NCBI GenBank assembly: GCA_965277715.1
Contig: OZ255836.1
Coordinates: 1,248,001-1,312,000, forward strand
From: Gammaproteobacteria bacterium
Lineage (GTDB): Bacteria; Pseudomonadota; Gammaproteobacteria; JBCCGL01
Reading direction: 5' to 3'
DNA: 64,000 nucleotides
This document shows positions 50,468 through 62,446 of this stretch, one piece after another. Position 1 is the first letter of the stretch. Each line of letters starts with the position of its first letter. A program made the translations under genes and the position numbers. A model generated the notes under the pieces. That model was not told the origin of the DNA, ran no database searches, and was given only the letters and a program-made list of their open reading frames with translations.

Positions 50468-51475
50468 ATGTTTAAATATTTCAAATCATTATTTATCGTA
50501 CTGTCACTAACCGCGTTATCTGCCCCTGTACTGGCAAAAACCTTAAAAATCGCCACCATTGCCCCCAGTGGCACCACCTGGTTCAAGGAGTTCAAGGCGG
50601 CGGGAAAAGAGATTACCGAACAAACCGATGGCCGGGTAAAGCTGAAGTTTTTCCCCGGCGGAATCATGGGCAACGACCAAAGCGTATTGCGGAAGATGCG
50701 CGTTGGACAGCTTCACGGTGGCGCGCTTTCCGGCGGCGCCCTGAACAAATTGTACAATGGTGTGCAAACCTATAGCCTACCATTTCTGTTTAGAAATTAC
50801 GGTGAGGTGGCCCATGTCCGCAACCTTGTCGATCCCGTTGTAAAAAGTGAGCTTGAAAAAAAAGGCCTCGTTGTATTGGGTATTTCACAGGGTGGATTCG
50901 CCCATCTATTTTCAGAAAACCCCATTCACAATATTGACGATTTACAAACGCAGAAAGTATGGATCCCGGAAAATGACAGAATTACTGCACATGCTTTCGA
51001 AAAAACCGGGGTAAACCCAATCCCCCTGCCCATTGCCGATGTCTATACAGGGCTACAAACAGGTTTAATCAATACTGTCGGTGCCAACCCAACCAGTGCT
51101 ATCGCTCTACAGTGGCACACGAAAATTAAGTATATGGTGGAACAACCACTATTATTTATTATGGGGCTAATGGTCGTCGATAAAAAAGTGTTTGATAAGC
51201 TTTCATCTGAAGATCAGGCTATCGTAAAACACGCTGTCGTTAAAGCATTTGTAAAATTGGATGCCAGCAACCAAATCGATGATGAACAGGCAAAGCAAGC
51301 GATGTTAAAAAGTGGTGTAAAGGTCATTACATTAAAAGATGCTGATTTTATGGAGTGGCAATCGATTGGAAAAAATGCTATCAACGAACTGGCGATAAAA
51401 AATATTTACGCCGTTGATTTGCTAAAAAAGGTCGAAGCCAGCCTACACAACTACCGCACCAGCAACGGCAATTAA
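50468..51475 (+). CDS. dctP: TRAP substrate-binding protein (TatP-type)
   Basis: LKIATIAPSGTTW, T.GRVKLKFFPGGIMG, LRKMRVGQL, DVYTGLQTGLI, ALQW. Confidence 0.9.
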   Translation: MFKYFKSLFIVLSLTALSAPVLAKTLKIATIAPSGTTWFKEFKAAGKEITEQTDGRVKLKFFPGGIMGNDQSVLRKMRVGQLHGGALSGGALNKLYNGVQTYSLPFLFRNYGEVAHVRNLVDPVVKSELEKKGLVVLGISQGGFAHLFSENPIHNIDDLQTQKVWIPENDRITAHAFEKTGVNPIPLPIADVYTGLQTGLINTVGANPTSAIALQWHTKIKYMVEQPLLFIMGLMVVDKKVFDKLSSEDQAIVKHAVVKAFVKLDASNQIDDEQAKQAMLKSGVKVITLKDADFMEWQSIGKNAINELAIKNIYAVDLLKKVEASLHNYRTSNGN

Positions 51476-51491
51476 CTCGGGTTATTACAAT

Positions 51492-52004
51492 ATGCCGGGT
51501 GTCCTTAAAAGCCTTCCAAGGTTAGTTTATATCATCGAGTCAGGCCTGTTGATATTGTTATTACTGACGATTATTGGGCTTTCGTTCACCGATATACTGT
51601 TGCGTAATTTTTTTAACAGCGGCCTGACATTTGCGCCACCTGTGGTACGTGCGCTGGTGCTTTGGCTGGGGTTACTGGGCGCTTTGTACGCCACCCGTGA
51701 TAACAAACATATCACTATTGATGTGCTTGCCCGCCTGCTGCCACTAAAAATGCAAACACACGTAAAGGGCTTCACATCACTATTTGCCACTATAGTGTGC
51801 AGTGTGATCGCCTGGCATGGCTTCATATTTGTATATGAAACCCATTTCTATAGCGACACCGTATTCGGCAATACCCCTGCATGGCTTGTGCAATTGGTCA
51901 TTCCTGTTAGTTTTTTATTGATCGGCATTCGCTTTTTGGTTCACGGTCTTAGGTGCTTTTTTGTGCCTGTTCAACCAGAAAAACAACGTGCGAAACAACC
52001 GTGA
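51492..52004 (+). CDS. dctQ: TRAP small permease
   Basis: Four TM segments, ILLRN, LVLWLGLLGA, HITIDV. Confidence 0.88.
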   Translation: MPGVLKSLPRLVYIIESGLLILLLLTIIGLSFTDILLRNFFNSGLTFAPPVVRALVLWLGLLGALYATRDNKHITIDVLARLLPLKMQTHVKGFTSLFATIVCSVIAWHGFIFVYETHFYSDTVFGNTPAWLVQLVIPVSFLLIGIRFLVHGLRCFFVPVQPEKQRAKQP

Positions 52005-53287
52005 TGTCTTTAGCTATAGGTGCGGCATTATTGCTCATGGCCCTGTACGGCACGCCGCTATTTGTCGTGATTGCCGCCAGTGCTATTACAGGGTTTTACC
52101 TTAACGATACCAGCCTGCAAATTATTAGCGTAGAAATATACCGCCTTGCAGAAATGCCGGTACTGTCTGCCATCCCCCTATTCACCTTCGCGGGATTTTT
52201 GCTCGGTGAAGGGCAGGCATCGCAGCGCCTGGTGCGTTTGAGCAATGCCATTATTGGTTGGATGCCTGGCGGCATTGCCATTGTGGCACTGTGCACCTTT
52301 TCCCTGTTCACCGCTTTTACAGGTGCCTCTGGCGTCGCCATTATCGCCCTGGGTGCCTTTTTATTTCCCGCATTAAAAAACGTCGGCTTCGACGACAAAT
52401 TCAACCTGGGTTTAATCACCAGCTCAGGCAGCCTTGGGTTGCTATTTGCACCATCACTGCCATTGATTTTATACGGCGTGGTCGCCCAGCAACTGGCCCT
52501 GGATACACCTGTCAACATCGACGATCTATTTATTGCCGGCATACTCCCCGGCACATTGATGATCGTGACCTTATCTGTTTACGCAATGTGGAAATCACGC
52601 AAACAGCATATTGGCGTTAACCATTTCAGTAGCGCCGAGCTGTTTTTGGCTATACGCGAATCGATCTGGGAGATTCCACTACCCCTAATCGTCTTAGGGG
52701 GCATTTACAGTGGTTTCTTTGCCGTCTCAGAAGCTGCTGCTGTCACCGCTATCTATATATTATTCACCGAGCTGGTGATTCGGCGGGACATATCACCCAG
52801 ACAACTCATTCGGGTTATCAATGAGTCGATGATGTTAGTCGGTGCAATCATCATTATTCTGGGGGTTTCCCTGGCGTCGACAAACTACATGATCGACGCG
52901 GAAATACCCTCTCAACTATTTGAAACAATAAACCAGCACATTTCAAATAAATACGTCTTCTTACTACTACTGACCCTCTTTTTATTAGTGTTGGGCATGA
53001 TGTTGGATATTTTTTCTGCCATTGTACTAATGATCCCCATTATCCTGCCAATCGCAATAGCTTATGAAATTCACCCAATCCACCTGGGCATTTTATTTTT
53101 GGCAAACATGCAGCTCGGATACTTTACGCCGCCTATTGGCATGAACTTATTTATTGCCAGTTACCGTTTTAATCGCCCGGTAATGGAAATTTACCAGGCG
53201 ACCATTCCCTTTTTCTTAATCCTGCTGGTAACAGTACTTACCATCACCTACTGGCCAACGCTCAGTTTGTTGTTCATTGACACATAA
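52004..53287 (+). CDS. dctM: TRAP large permease
   Basis: AIPLFTFAG, FTGASGV, GSLGLLFAPSLP, LFIAGILPG, TPPIGMNLF. Confidence 0.92.
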   Translation: MSLAIGAALLLMALYGTPLFVVIAASAITGFYLNDTSLQIISVEIYRLAEMPVLSAIPLFTFAGFLLGEGQASQRLVRLSNAIIGWMPGGIAIVALCTFSLFTAFTGASGVAIIALGAFLFPALKNVGFDDKFNLGLITSSGSLGLLFAPSLPLILYGVVAQQLALDTPVNIDDLFIAGILPGTLMIVTLSVYAMWKSRKQHIGVNHFSSAELFLAIRESIWEIPLPLIVLGGIYSGFFAVSEAAAVTAIYILFTELVIRRDISPRQLIRVINESMMLVGAIIIILGVSLASTNYMIDAEIPSQLFETINQHISNKYVFLLLLTLFLLVLGMMLDIFSAIVLMIPIILPIAIAYEIHPIHLGILFLANMQLGYFTPPIGMNLFIASYRFNRPVMEIYQATIPFFLILLVTVLTITYWPTLSLLFIDT

Positions 53288-53312
53288 ACCCATCTCGACC
53301 TGACTCCCCTTA

Positions 53313-53371
53313 CCTACATCCTTGCAGGCAAGCGAGTTCCTTTTTGCTACCGCTCCCCGGCAACTGCTCCT
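53313..53371. repeat. REP-like dispersed repeat, partial or rearranged copy
   Basis: GCTACCGCTCCCCGGCAACTGCTCCT (53346-53371) is the exact reverse complement of 17873-17898; CCTACATCCTTGCAGG (53313-53328) resembles the CCTGTATCCATACAG module. Confidence 0.75.
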
Positions 53372-53510
53372 CACATTACCCGCATAACCATAGAAGTTAA
53401 CTTGAAACCACTAATCCACCAACTCAAAATCGACAACATACTGGAACAAATTGCACAAATACCCCATAACCTCCTTTATAATCACTATCATTTTTAATGG
53501 TTTGTAAAAG

Positions 53511-54815
53511 ATGTCCGTATCACCCTCCCCATTACCTTCATACGGCCAACAAAAACTCAAAATAGCAATAATCGGACTAGGCTATGTCGGCCTACCACTG
53601 GCCATTGAATTTGGAAAAAAAATTGAAACAATCGGTTTCGATATCAATAACCAGCGCATCGCTGAACTAAACGACGGCATCGATTCAACCTTAGAAGTAG
53701 AAGCAGAGGCACTAACCGCAGCCAACCACCTCACCTACACAGACAACCCGGACAACATCAAATCGGCCAACGTATACATCATTACCGTACCAACCCCTAT
53801 CGACAAACATAAACACCCAGACTTTAACCCTTTAATTTCAGCAAGTCGCCTGGTTGGCAAAGCATTGCAACCCAACGATGTCGTTATCTACGAATCGACT
53901 GTTTACCCAGGCGCAACGGAAGAAATCTGCATCCCCGAACTGGCAACACATTCAGGCTTAATATTTAATACTGACTTTTATGCAGGCTACAGCCCGGAAA
54001 GAATTAACCCAGGCGATAAACAACACCGGGTTAGCAGTATTCTCAAAGTCACATCCGGTTCAACCCCTGCGGTGGCTGAATTTGTCGATGCACTCTATAG
54101 GGAAGTGATTACTGCAGGCACTCACAAAACCAACTCGATTCGCGCTGCCGAAGCAGCCAAAGTCATCGAAAACACCCAACGCGACGTCAATATCGCATTA
54201 ATCAATGAGCTGGCGCTCATCTTTAACAAACTGGACATCGATACACATGAAGTCCTGGAAGCGGCGGGCACGAAATGGAACTTTTTACCCTTCAAACCCG
54301 GTCTGGTTGGTGGGCACTGTATCGGTGTAGACCCCTATTACCTAACGCACAAAGCCCAGCAAATTGGTTACCACCCCCGCATTATTCTCGCGGGCAGAGA
54401 AGTCAATGATGCCATGGGCGCCTATGTGGCCGAACAGGTAGTCAAACTCATGACCCGCAAAAAAATCCATGTAATTGGTGCATCTGTTTTGATACTGGGA
54501 TTCACCTTTAAAGAAAACTGCCCGGATGCGAGAAACACACGGGTGATCGACATCATCCATGAGCTTGAGCAGTATAACGCCGTAGTGGAAGTCTATGATC
54601 CCTGCTTCAACGCTGAAGAGGCTATTCGCGAATATTCGATCAAAGTAACTGAAACACTGCACGAAGACCAATACGATGCGGTTATCGTTTGTGTCGGCCA
54701 CGATGCGTTTCAGAAAATGGATACTGGCTACCTGCGCTCACTCGGCAGACAGAATAGCGTGCTATACGACGTAAAGGGTATATACCCAAAAGACCAGGTC
54801 GATGGTCGGCTTTAG
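53511..54815 (+). CDS. UDP-HexNAc 6-dehydrogenase (TviB/WbpO-like)
   Basis: [58 protein letters not shown]. Confidence 0.92.
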   Translation: MSVSPSPLPSYGQQKLKIAIIGLGYVGLPLAIEFGKKIETIGFDINNQRIAELNDGIDSTLEVEAEALTAANHLTYTDNPDNIKSANVYIITVPTPIDKHKHPDFNPLISASRLVGKALQPNDVVIYESTVYPGATEEICIPELATHSGLIFNTDFYAGYSPERINPGDKQHRVSSILKVTSGSTPAVAEFVDALYREVITAGTHKTNSIRAAEAAKVIENTQRDVNIALINELALIFNKLDIDTHEVLEAAGTKWNFLPFKPGLVGGHCIGVDPYYLTHKAQQIGYHPRIILAGREVNDAMGAYVAEQVVKLMTRKKIHVIGASVLILGFTFKENCPDARNTRVIDIIHELEQYNAVVEVYDPCFNAEEAIREYSIKVTETLHEDQYDAVIVCVGHDAFQKMDTGYLRSLGRQNSVLYDVKGIYPKDQVDGRL

Positions 54816-54884
54816 CGTAATCGGGATGAAAAATAGCTGCACTTTCACAGCATCAATTTTAGATCTCTCCAGGAAACACATTAA

Positions 54885-55892
54885 ATGAAGGTACTAATTA
54901 CCGGCTCAGCCGGGTTTATTGGTTCGACACTCGCAATCAAACTGCTGGAACGCGGCGACCAAGTGGTTGGCATCGATAACATCAACGACTATTACGATGT
55001 AAACCTCAAGCAGGCCCGGCTTGCACGCGTTAAAGCCTATGAGGGGTTTACAGAAATCAAAGCAGGTATTGAAGACCGGGAGGCAATGGAACGTGTGTTT
55101 AGTCAACACAAACCACAGCGCGTGGTGAATCTGGCAGCGCAAGCCGGTGTTCGTTACTCATTAAGTAATCCACACGCCTACATTGAATCCAATATTGTCG
55201 GCTTTATGAATGTACTCGAGTGCTGTCGGCACAACCAGGTTGAACACTTGGTGTACGCATCGAGCAGCTCGGTTTACGGCGCCAACACCACTATGCCGTT
55301 TTCAGTACATAATAATGTGGATCACCCATTGAGCTTATACGCCGCGAGCAAAAAATCCAACGAGCTAATGGCGCATACTTATAGCCATTTATACCAGCTA
55401 CCCACCACCGGGCTACGGTTTTTCACGGTATACGGACCGTGGGGAAGACCCGATATGGCTTTATTTATGTTTACCAAAAACATCTTGCAGGGCAAACCCA
55501 TTGACGTATTTAACTACGGCAACCACCGTCGCGATTTCACGTTTATCGATGATATTGTCGAAGGTGTTACGCGTACGCTGGATAGCGTTGCAATACCCAA
55601 TCAGCGTTGGCAGGGCGATAATCCCGATACTGCTACCAGCCTTGCGCCTTACAGGCTCTATAATATAGGCAACAACTCACCTGTTGAACTGATGCACTAT
55701 ATCGAGGTACTGGAAGGTTGTTTGGGTAAAAAAGCGGAAAAAAATTTATTGCCACTACAGGCCGGGGACGTGCCCGACACCTACGCTGATGTCCAGAGCC
55801 TGGTGAACGATGTAGGGTATAAACCCAACACCAGTGTCGAAGTCGGCATTGCGCGTTTTGTCGATTGGTATAAAGATTATTACCAGGTGTAA
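54885..55892 (+). CDS. UDP-glucuronate 4-epimerase-like NAD-dependent epimerase
   Basis: [54 protein letters not shown]. Confidence 0.92.
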   Translation: MKVLITGSAGFIGSTLAIKLLERGDQVVGIDNINDYYDVNLKQARLARVKAYEGFTEIKAGIEDREAMERVFSQHKPQRVVNLAAQAGVRYSLSNPHAYIESNIVGFMNVLECCRHNQVEHLVYASSSSVYGANTTMPFSVHNNVDHPLSLYAASKKSNELMAHTYSHLYQLPTTGLRFFTVYGPWGRPDMALFMFTKNILQGKPIDVFNYGNHRRDFTFIDDIVEGVTRTLDSVAIPNQRWQGDNPDTATSLAPYRLYNIGNNSPVELMHYIEVLEGCLGKKAEKNLLPLQAGDVPDTYADVQSLVNDVGYKPNTSVEVGIARFVDWYKDYYQV

Positions 55893-55994
55893 GTCTGTAT
55901 CGATACGTTTCAACACTGCATTAAGTTTCGGTCACAGCATCAGCCACGCTACTGATAGTTTATTGACATTACCTTAATATCTATAGAGGACACA

Positions 55995-56468
55995 GTGCCC
56001 AATATTATTTGGAAACCCCATGCGACAGTTGCAGCATTGATCGAAAGAGACGACTATTTTTTATTAGTCGAAGAAATCTGCGCCGGTAAACCCGTTTTCA
56101 ATCAGCCCGCCGGGCACCTTGAAGACAATGAAAGCCTGCAATGCGCAGTGGTTCGGGAAGTGCTTGAAGAAACCACGCGGGTGTTCTGCCCTGAGGCCTT
56201 AGTAGGTTATTACCGGTGGCGTGATCCTGAGAAAAACCGCACGCATATGCGCATGGCTTTTTGTGGCACTGTCGGCGAAGAAAATACTGCGTTATCACTG
56301 GATGAAGATATTGTCGCCGCCCATTGGCTAAGCTACCGGGAAATTGCCAGACACAAGGCCCTGCGCAGCCCGTTGGTATTGCGGTGTATTGACGACTACC
56401 GGGCCGGCAGGCGCTTTCCGCTCGATTTTGCCTGTGATGTATTTACCCCGACAATCAACCATAGCTGA
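55995..56468 (+). CDS. nudJ: Nudix hydrolase
   Basis: WKPHATVAA, NQPAGHLE..E......REVLEET, RSPLV; upstream of mnmA. Confidence 0.88.
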   Translation: MPNIIWKPHATVAALIERDDYFLLVEEICAGKPVFNQPAGHLEDNESLQCAVVREVLEETTRVFCPEALVGYYRWRDPEKNRTHMRMAFCGTVGEENTALSLDEDIVAAHWLSYREIARHKALRSPLVLRCIDDYRAGRRFPLDFACDVFTPTINHS

Positions 56469-56489
56469 TTATTAGCCGTAATGATGTAG

Positions 56490-57569
56490 ATGAATAACAG
56501 TGCAACCCATGTCATTGTCGGTATGTCAGGCGGGGTCGACTCCTCTGTGGCCGCCCTGTTACTTTTGCAACAGGGCTACCGGGTTGCAGGCTTATTCATG
56601 CAAAACTGGGAGGAAGAAGACGACGATCAATGTACTGCTATTCAGGATTACCGCGACGCAGCCGGTGTGTGCCAGCGCCTGGGCATTCAATTGCATACTG
56701 TCAATTTTTCCGGTGATTACTGGGATCGCGTTTTCAGCCATTTCTTACAGGAATACCAGGCGGGGCGAACCCCAAACCCGGACGTTATGTGCAATAAGGA
56801 AATCAAATTTAACGCTTTTTTAGAATACGCGAAAACACTCGGTGCCGATTACATCGCGACCGGACACTATGCGCAGTGCAAACAAACGCGTGATGGCATA
56901 CAGTTATTGCGTGGCCTCGATGCCAATAAAGACCAAACCTATTTCCTCTACACACTGGGCCAATCACAATTAAAGCATACGCTGTTCCCTATTGGTGAGC
57001 TGAGTAAATCACATGTGCGTGTATTGGCGCAGGAAGCAAAATTCCACAACCACAGAAAAAAGGACAGCACGGGCATCTGTTTTATCGGTGAACGAAAGTT
57101 CACTACTTTTCTGGCCAATTATTTACCCGCACAGCCCGGTAGCATTATCAGTGATACAGGCGAGGTATTGGGTGAGCACCAGGGTCTGATGTTTCATACG
57201 CTGGGCCAGCGTCAGGGCTTAGGTATTGGTGGGCGCCGGAAGAGTGGTGGTGAACCGTGGTATGTCATCGATAAATGCCTTGATAGCAATCACTTAATTG
57301 TCGCTCAAGGCCACAACCACCCGCGCTTATTCAAAACCGGCTTAAAGGCAAGCCAGTTACACTGGTGTAATGCGGTGCCCAACACGGTGTTTACCTGCAC
57401 AGCGAAAGTACGCTACCGCCAGGAAGATCAAGCGTGCACCGTTTCATTAAACGCAGACCACACCAGCGTCGATGTCAGTTTTGAACAATCCGTTCGTGCG
57501 ATAACCCCAGGCCAGTCTATTGTTTTTTATCAGCGTGAAGTGTGCCTTGGTGGCGGGATCATCGAATGA
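56490..57569 (+). CDS. mnmA: tRNA 2-thiouridine(34) synthase
   Basis: [46 protein letters not shown]. Confidence 0.98.
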   Translation: MNNSATHVIVGMSGGVDSSVAALLLLQQGYRVAGLFMQNWEEEDDDQCTAIQDYRDAAGVCQRLGIQLHTVNFSGDYWDRVFSHFLQEYQAGRTPNPDVMCNKEIKFNAFLEYAKTLGADYIATGHYAQCKQTRDGIQLLRGLDANKDQTYFLYTLGQSQLKHTLFPIGELSKSHVRVLAQEAKFHNHRKKDSTGICFIGERKFTTFLANYLPAQPGSIISDTGEVLGEHQGLMFHTLGQRQGLGIGGRRKSGGEPWYVIDKCLDSNHLIVAQGHNHPRLFKTGLKASQLHWCNAVPNTVFTCTAKVRYRQEDQACTVSLNADHTSVDVSFEQSVRAITPGQSIVFYQREVCLGGGIIE

Positions 57570-58210
57570 ATAAAGCTATTTACCAACAGGTTATCGCCTT
57601 TGCGGGTGTGTTTCAGGCGGCAGACCACGTTAAACAAACAGCCTGGAAAGGCTATCGGGAATCAACCGCCAGCACGGCATTACTGCACTCTATATTCAAA
57701 ATAGACGCCGATTCAGTAGCCGATATCTATGGTGGCATTAGCGCTGTACACGAGGGCTTAACACGTTTAATGGAACAGTTGGGTGATGGTGTGCAGGAAC
57801 GCGATATAGACGTATCGCGTTACACTGCACAATTGCTGGCACTGCAATCAAAGCTTGTAAAAAACATGCAGGCTATGCAACAGATCCAGGAAGGTATTTT
57901 ACAGGCCAAACAACAATGCACGCTTTTTGGCATTCAACACCCCAACACCATTGCCCGTTTATCGACCGTTTACACTGACAATATCAGCCCGCTATCACCA
58001 CGTATTATGGTCAACGGCGACCCCTCACATTTAAACAATAATGCGACAGCCAGCACTATTCGCGCTGTACTATTGGCGGGGATACGCTCTGCTGTTCTGT
58101 GGCGACAAAGCGGTGGATCGAGGCTGAAGCTACTGTTTAACCGCAGTCACTACTTGCGCTGCGCTGAATCTGTACTTGAAGAGATTGAGCAAAATAATAC
58201 AAATGGATAA
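57566..58210 (+). CDS. hflD: High-frequency lysogenization protein
   Basis: [36 protein letters not shown]; ATG overlaps the mnmA stop. Confidence 0.93.
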   Translation: MNKAIYQQVIAFAGVFQAADHVKQTAWKGYRESTASTALLHSIFKIDADSVADIYGGISAVHEGLTRLMEQLGDGVQERDIDVSRYTAQLLALQSKLVKNMQAMQQIQEGILQAKQQCTLFGIQHPNTIARLSTVYTDNISPLSPRIMVNGDPSHLNNNATASTIRAVLLAGIRSAVLWRQSGGSRLKLLFNRSHYLRCAESVLEEIEQNNTNG

Positions 58211-58211
58211 C

Positions 58212-58239
58212 TACCGGGGTGAAGTACCTCACCCCGGTA
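58212..58239. terminator. Hairpin between convergent hflD and acnB
   Basis: TACCGGGGTGA-AGTACC-TCACCCCGGTA, a perfect 11-bp stem. Confidence 0.75.
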
Positions 58240-58255
58240 TTTAGGCGACACCCGG

Positions 58256-60850
58256 TTAAGCCGCTACAATTGGTATAATCTTCGCTGCCTCTTTCTGGTA
58301 AGACTCAATTTGGTCAAAATTCATGTAACGGTAAATATCATCGGCCATTGAATTAATTTCACGGGCTATTTCCATATATTCGTCGACCGTTGGTAATTTG
58401 CCCAGCATAGCGGATACCGAGGCCAGCTCTGCCGATGACAAATAGACATTCGCCCCAGCACCGAGTCGGTTAGGAAAATTTCGGGTAGAGGTGGAGACAA
58501 CCGTTGCATTATCACGCACACGTGCCTGGTTACCCATGCATAACGAACAGCCCGGCATTTCAGTGCGCGCACCGACGCGGCCAAAAATACCGTAATACCC
58601 CTCTTGGATGAGTAAGTGTTCGTCCATGCGGGTTGGCGGCACGATCCATAGGCGAGTCGGCAAATCGTGCTTGCCATCGAGCAGTTTTCCCGCTGCGCGA
58701 AAGTGGCCAATATTGGTCATGCAGGAGCCGATAAACACTTCATCAATGGTGTCGCCCTGTACCGCCGACAGTGGCTTTATATCATCGGGGTCATTTGGGC
58801 AGGCAAGCAACGGCTCTTTGACATCGGCCAAATCGATGTCGATTATCGCGGCATACTCGGCATCGGCATCGGCTGCCATCAATTGCGGGTCTTGCAGCCA
58901 TTGTTCCATCGAGGCTATGCGCCGTTCAATCGTGCGCCGGTCTTCGTAACCATTGGCAATCATCCATTTAAGCAGGGTTATGTTGCTGTTTAAGTACTCG
59001 ATGATGGGAGCTTTATCCAGCTTCACAGTACACCCGGCAGCGGAGCGCTCTGCCGAGGCATCTGACAGTTCAAAAGCCTGTTCCACTTTTAAGTCGGGCA
59101 ACCCTTCAATTTCCAAAATCCGCCCGGAGAAAATATTCTTTTTACCGGATTTTTCCACCGTTAGCAGTCCCTGCTGGATGGCGTAATAAGGGATAGCGTT
59201 AACCAGGTCACGCAGTGTAATACCGGGATTCAATTCGCCTTTAAACCGCACCAATACCGACTCTGGCATATCGAGTGGCATCACCCCGGTTGCGGCGGCA
59301 AATGCCACCAGACCAGAACCCGCTGGAAAACTGATGCCCAGTGGAAAACGTGTATGCGAATCTCCACCTGTACCGACAGTGTCTGGCATCAGCATACGGT
59401 TGAGCCAGGAGTGAATAATGCCATCGCCAGGGCGCAACGAGACACCGCCCCGACTGGAAATAAAATCGGGTAGCGTATGGTGTGTCTCCACGTCAACCGG
59501 CTTTGGGTAAGCGGCGGTATGGCAAAACGATTGCATCACCAGATCGGTGGAAAAACCAAGGCACGCCAGGTCTTTCAACTCATCGCGTGTCATCGGGCCG
59601 GTGGTGTCCTGCGACCCCACTGTCGTCATTTTTGGCTCACAATATGTGCCAGAACGAACACCTGCCACACCGCAGGCTTTACCCACCATTTTTTGCGCCA
59701 GCGTAAACCCTTTATCAGAGGCCTGCGCCGAGATAGGCAGGCGAAACACATCACAAAGACCAAGCCCCAGCGCTTCGCGTGCACGGCCAGTCAACCCCCG
59801 ACCAATAATCAACGGAATACGCCCCCCTGCTCTCACTTCATCGAGCAGTACATCGGTTTTTAAGCTGAATGTGGTAATCTCCTCACCACTGTCTGCCCGC
59901 TTTACCACACCTTGATAGGGGTAGATTTCGATCACATCCCCCATCGATAAGCCCGATACATCCATTTCCAATGGTAATGCGCCGGCATCTTCCATCGTAT
60001 TAAAAAAGATCGGCGCTATTTTCTCGCCGATGCAAAAACCACCCGCACGTTTATTCGGCACATAGGGAATGTCCTGACCCATATGCCATAACACCGAATT
60101 GGTCGCTGATTTGCGTGATGACCCAGTGCCCACAACATTGCCTACATAAACCAGCGGGTGGCCTTTTTGTTTGAGATCTTGAATCAATTTAATGGGGCCA
60201 AGTTTGCCGGGCTCATCAGGTTCGATACCAGCGCGGGCCATTTTCAACATGGCGTTGGCATGCAAAGGAATATCAGGGCGTGACCAGGCATCGGGCGCGG
60301 GCGATAAATCGTCAGTATTGGTTTCACCAGACACTTTAAACACGGTGAGGGTGATTTTTTCTGACACATCAGGCTTACAGGTAAACCACTCCGCATTTGC
60401 CCAGGATTCCATCACCGCTTTAGCGTGGGCATTGCCGTTGTCCATTTTATCTTTTACATCGTGAAATGAATCAAACATCAGCAATGTATGTTTCAATGCT
60501 TCAGCGGCGGTATTCGCTAACCCGGCATCGTCAAGCAAGTCAATCAGTGGTTGGATGTTATAGCCACCCAGCATAGTGCCTAACAAATGTGTTGCCTGTT
60601 GGCGATTAAGTGAGTCACAATCGACAACACCTTTGGCGACATCGGCAAGAAATGCGGCCTTAACGTAGGCAGCCTGATCAACGCCCGGCGGCACACAGTT
60701 GCTAAGTAAATCCAGCAGTTGTGATGCCTCGCTTGCCGATGGTTGTTTCAATAGCTCGACCAATGCAGCGGTCTGTTCAACATTAAGTGGCAAAGCTGGC
60801 ACGTTTTCAGCGGCGCGTTCTTGGTGGTGTTTCTGGTATTCGTCTAGCAC
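58256..60850 (-). CDS. acnB: Aconitate hydratase B
   Basis: [64 protein letters not shown]. Confidence 0.98.
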   Translation of the reverse strand: MLDEYQKHHQERAAENVPALPLNVEQTAALVELLKQPSASEASQLLDLLSNCVPPGVDQAAYVKAAFLADVAKGVVDCDSLNRQQATHLLGTMLGGYNIQPLIDLLDDAGLANTAAEALKHTLLMFDSFHDVKDKMDNGNAHAKAVMESWANAEWFTCKPDVSEKITLTVFKVSGETNTDDLSPAPDAWSRPDIPLHANAMLKMARAGIEPDEPGKLGPIKLIQDLKQKGHPLVYVGNVVGTGSSRKSATNSVLWHMGQDIPYVPNKRAGGFCIGEKIAPIFFNTMEDAGALPLEMDVSGLSMGDVIEIYPYQGVVKRADSGEEITTFSLKTDVLLDEVRAGGRIPLIIGRGLTGRAREALGLGLCDVFRLPISAQASDKGFTLAQKMVGKACGVAGVRSGTYCEPKMTTVGSQDTTGPMTRDELKDLACLGFSTDLVMQSFCHTAAYPKPVDVETHHTLPDFISSRGGVSLRPGDGIIHSWLNRMLMPDTVGTGGDSHTRFPLGISFPAGSGLVAFAAATGVMPLDMPESVLVRFKGELNPGITLRDLVNAIPYYAIQQGLLTVEKSGKKNIFSGRILEIEGLPDLKVEQAFELSDASAERSAAGCTVKLDKAPIIEYLNSNITLLKWMIANGYEDRRTIERRIASMEQWLQDPQLMAADADAEYAAIIDIDLADVKEPLLACPNDPDDIKPLSAVQGDTIDEVFIGSCMTNIGHFRAAGKLLDGKHDLPTRLWIVPPTRMDEHLLIQEGYYGIFGRVGARTEMPGCSLCMGNQARVRDNATVVSTSTRNFPNRLGAGANVYLSSAELASVSAMLGKLPTVDEYMEIAREINSMADDIYRYMNFDQIESYQKEAAKIIPIVAA

Positions 60851-60991
60851 TATAGTAATCTCCGCTCGTGAACAGAATCCTTCCTGACCTATAAATGAGT
60901 GATGGGGTTTAAGCCAAATTAATTAAGGGTATTTTAGTTGATTGGTGAACTTTTCACCATCTATCGGTATCCCCCGCCTGCACATATCACT

Positions 60992-61612
60992 TCAGGCTGA
61001 TACCACCTCAAGCACCTCTATTCCCCCACGGTACATCATATCAATCGACACCCAGGCGATAATCGCAACGCCAACATAACCAATCCAGTCGTATTTATCC
61101 ATTATATTGGCAATGGCACTGGCTGCCACTGCCATCAATAAAATCGACAAAGCCAGGCCAAACACCAACATAGACGTGGAACCATGCGCAGCACCGGCCA
61201 CTGCCAATACATTATCGAGCGACATAGTGGCATCAGATATGACAATAAGCACTATCGCAGACGTTAGTGACACCGGACGTTTTTCACTCAAACCACTCGC
61301 TTCCTGAGCACTTGTACGCACCTCGCGATACAGCTTATAGGCAACCCAGGCCAGCAGCGCTCCGCCAATAAACAATAAACCGGTTATTTTTAGCAGGTAT
61401 AAGACAATCAGGGAAAATAAAATACGCAAAACGGTCGCGACCACGATGCCAATCACAATGGCTTGCCGACGCTGTTTGGGCGGCAAACGCCCTGCCGCCA
61501 TGCCAATCACCAGTGCATTATCACCTGATAGCACTAAATCAATGCCGATAATGGTGAGAAACGGAATCCATGCAAATTCGTTAATAAAGCTGGTAAAAAA
61601 TGATTCAATCAT
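60992..61612 (-). CDS. TerC family membrane protein (YjbE-like)
   Basis: IDLVLSGDNALVI, DATMSLDNVLAVAGAA, FGLALSI. Confidence 0.9.
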   Translation of the reverse strand: MIESFFTSFINEFAWIPFLTIIGIDLVLSGDNALVIGMAAGRLPPKQRRQAIVIGIVVATVLRILFSLIVLYLLKITGLLFIGGALLAWVAYKLYREVRTSAQEASGLSEKRPVSLTSAIVLIVISDATMSLDNVLAVAGAAHGSTSMLVFGLALSILLMAVAASAIANIMDKYDWIGYVGVAIIAWVSIDMMYRGGIEVLEVVSA

Positions 61613-61633
61613 TTGCGGTTTCCAGTAGTGTTA

Positions 61634-62404
61634 TTAAACATGATCAAGGTAATTGGACAGCTCATCGGCAGCATCCCGCAGGGCAGGCAAATAGGTGAGC
61701 GCATCATCCAGGGACATACGCGCAACCGGTGCCGTCACCGCTACACCGGCGACCATTCGCCCGCGGTTGTCAGTAATGGGCACCGACACGGCTATCATGC
61801 CAGAAATAAATTCCTCGTTATCCGTGGCGTAATTGCATTGGTGAATTTTAGCCAGCTCTGCGAGCAGGGCTTTACTGTCGACCAATGTATTTTTACCCAT
61901 TTTATCCAGTACCAGCGAACTGATTTTCCGCCGCTGTTCCTGCTCGCCCATCAACGCCATATACAGTTTACCATTGGCAGTGCAGTGCATGGGCACGCGT
62001 GTACCAACGGGCATATGCAATCGTAGCGGCCAGTGTGCCTCTACTCTATCGAGGTACATCATCTTTACACCATCGGGCACAGACAGGTTGCACGTTTCAC
62101 CTACTTTATCGACCAGTCTGGTGAGGATTTCATGGCGCACCATACGCACACTGTCGCTGCCTAACACAGACTGTGCCAGCGACAACAGGCGGTGGCCAAT
62201 GGTAAACCCCCGGCCACCAATCTGCCGGAGTAAATAATCTTCACTGACTAGTTTATCTGTCAGGCGGTAGAGGGTTGCACGGGGCAACCCACACAATGTT
62301 TCAAGTTCGCTAATACTCAGCACACGGTCTTCCCTACTGATCGTTTCGAGAACCAGTAACGCACGCAATGAGCGCTGATCCCCTCTATCTCTTTCTTCAG
62401 GCAT
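61634..62404 (-). CDS. IclR family regulator
   Basis: LPRATLYRL HTH, GETCNL, GTRVPMHCTANGK, DNEEF, AVSVP. Confidence 0.93.
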   Translation of the reverse strand: MPEERDRGDQRSLRALLVLETISREDRVLSISELETLCGLPRATLYRLTDKLVSEDYLLRQIGGRGFTIGHRLLSLAQSVLGSDSVRMVRHEILTRLVDKVGETCNLSVPDGVKMMYLDRVEAHWPLRLHMPVGTRVPMHCTANGKLYMALMGEQEQRRKISSLVLDKMGKNTLVDSKALLAELAKIHQCNYATDNEEFISGMIAVSVPITDNRGRMVAGVAVTAPVARMSLDDALTYLPALRDAADELSNYLDHV

Positions 62405-62446
62405 CTAAGCGTACTTCACAGCCGCAGCAGAAACAGAACAACGTGC

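Noticed and set aside
53442-53455. Sigma54 promoter TGGAACAAATTGCA
   Set aside because: The GG-to-GC spacing is shorter than the required 10 nt.
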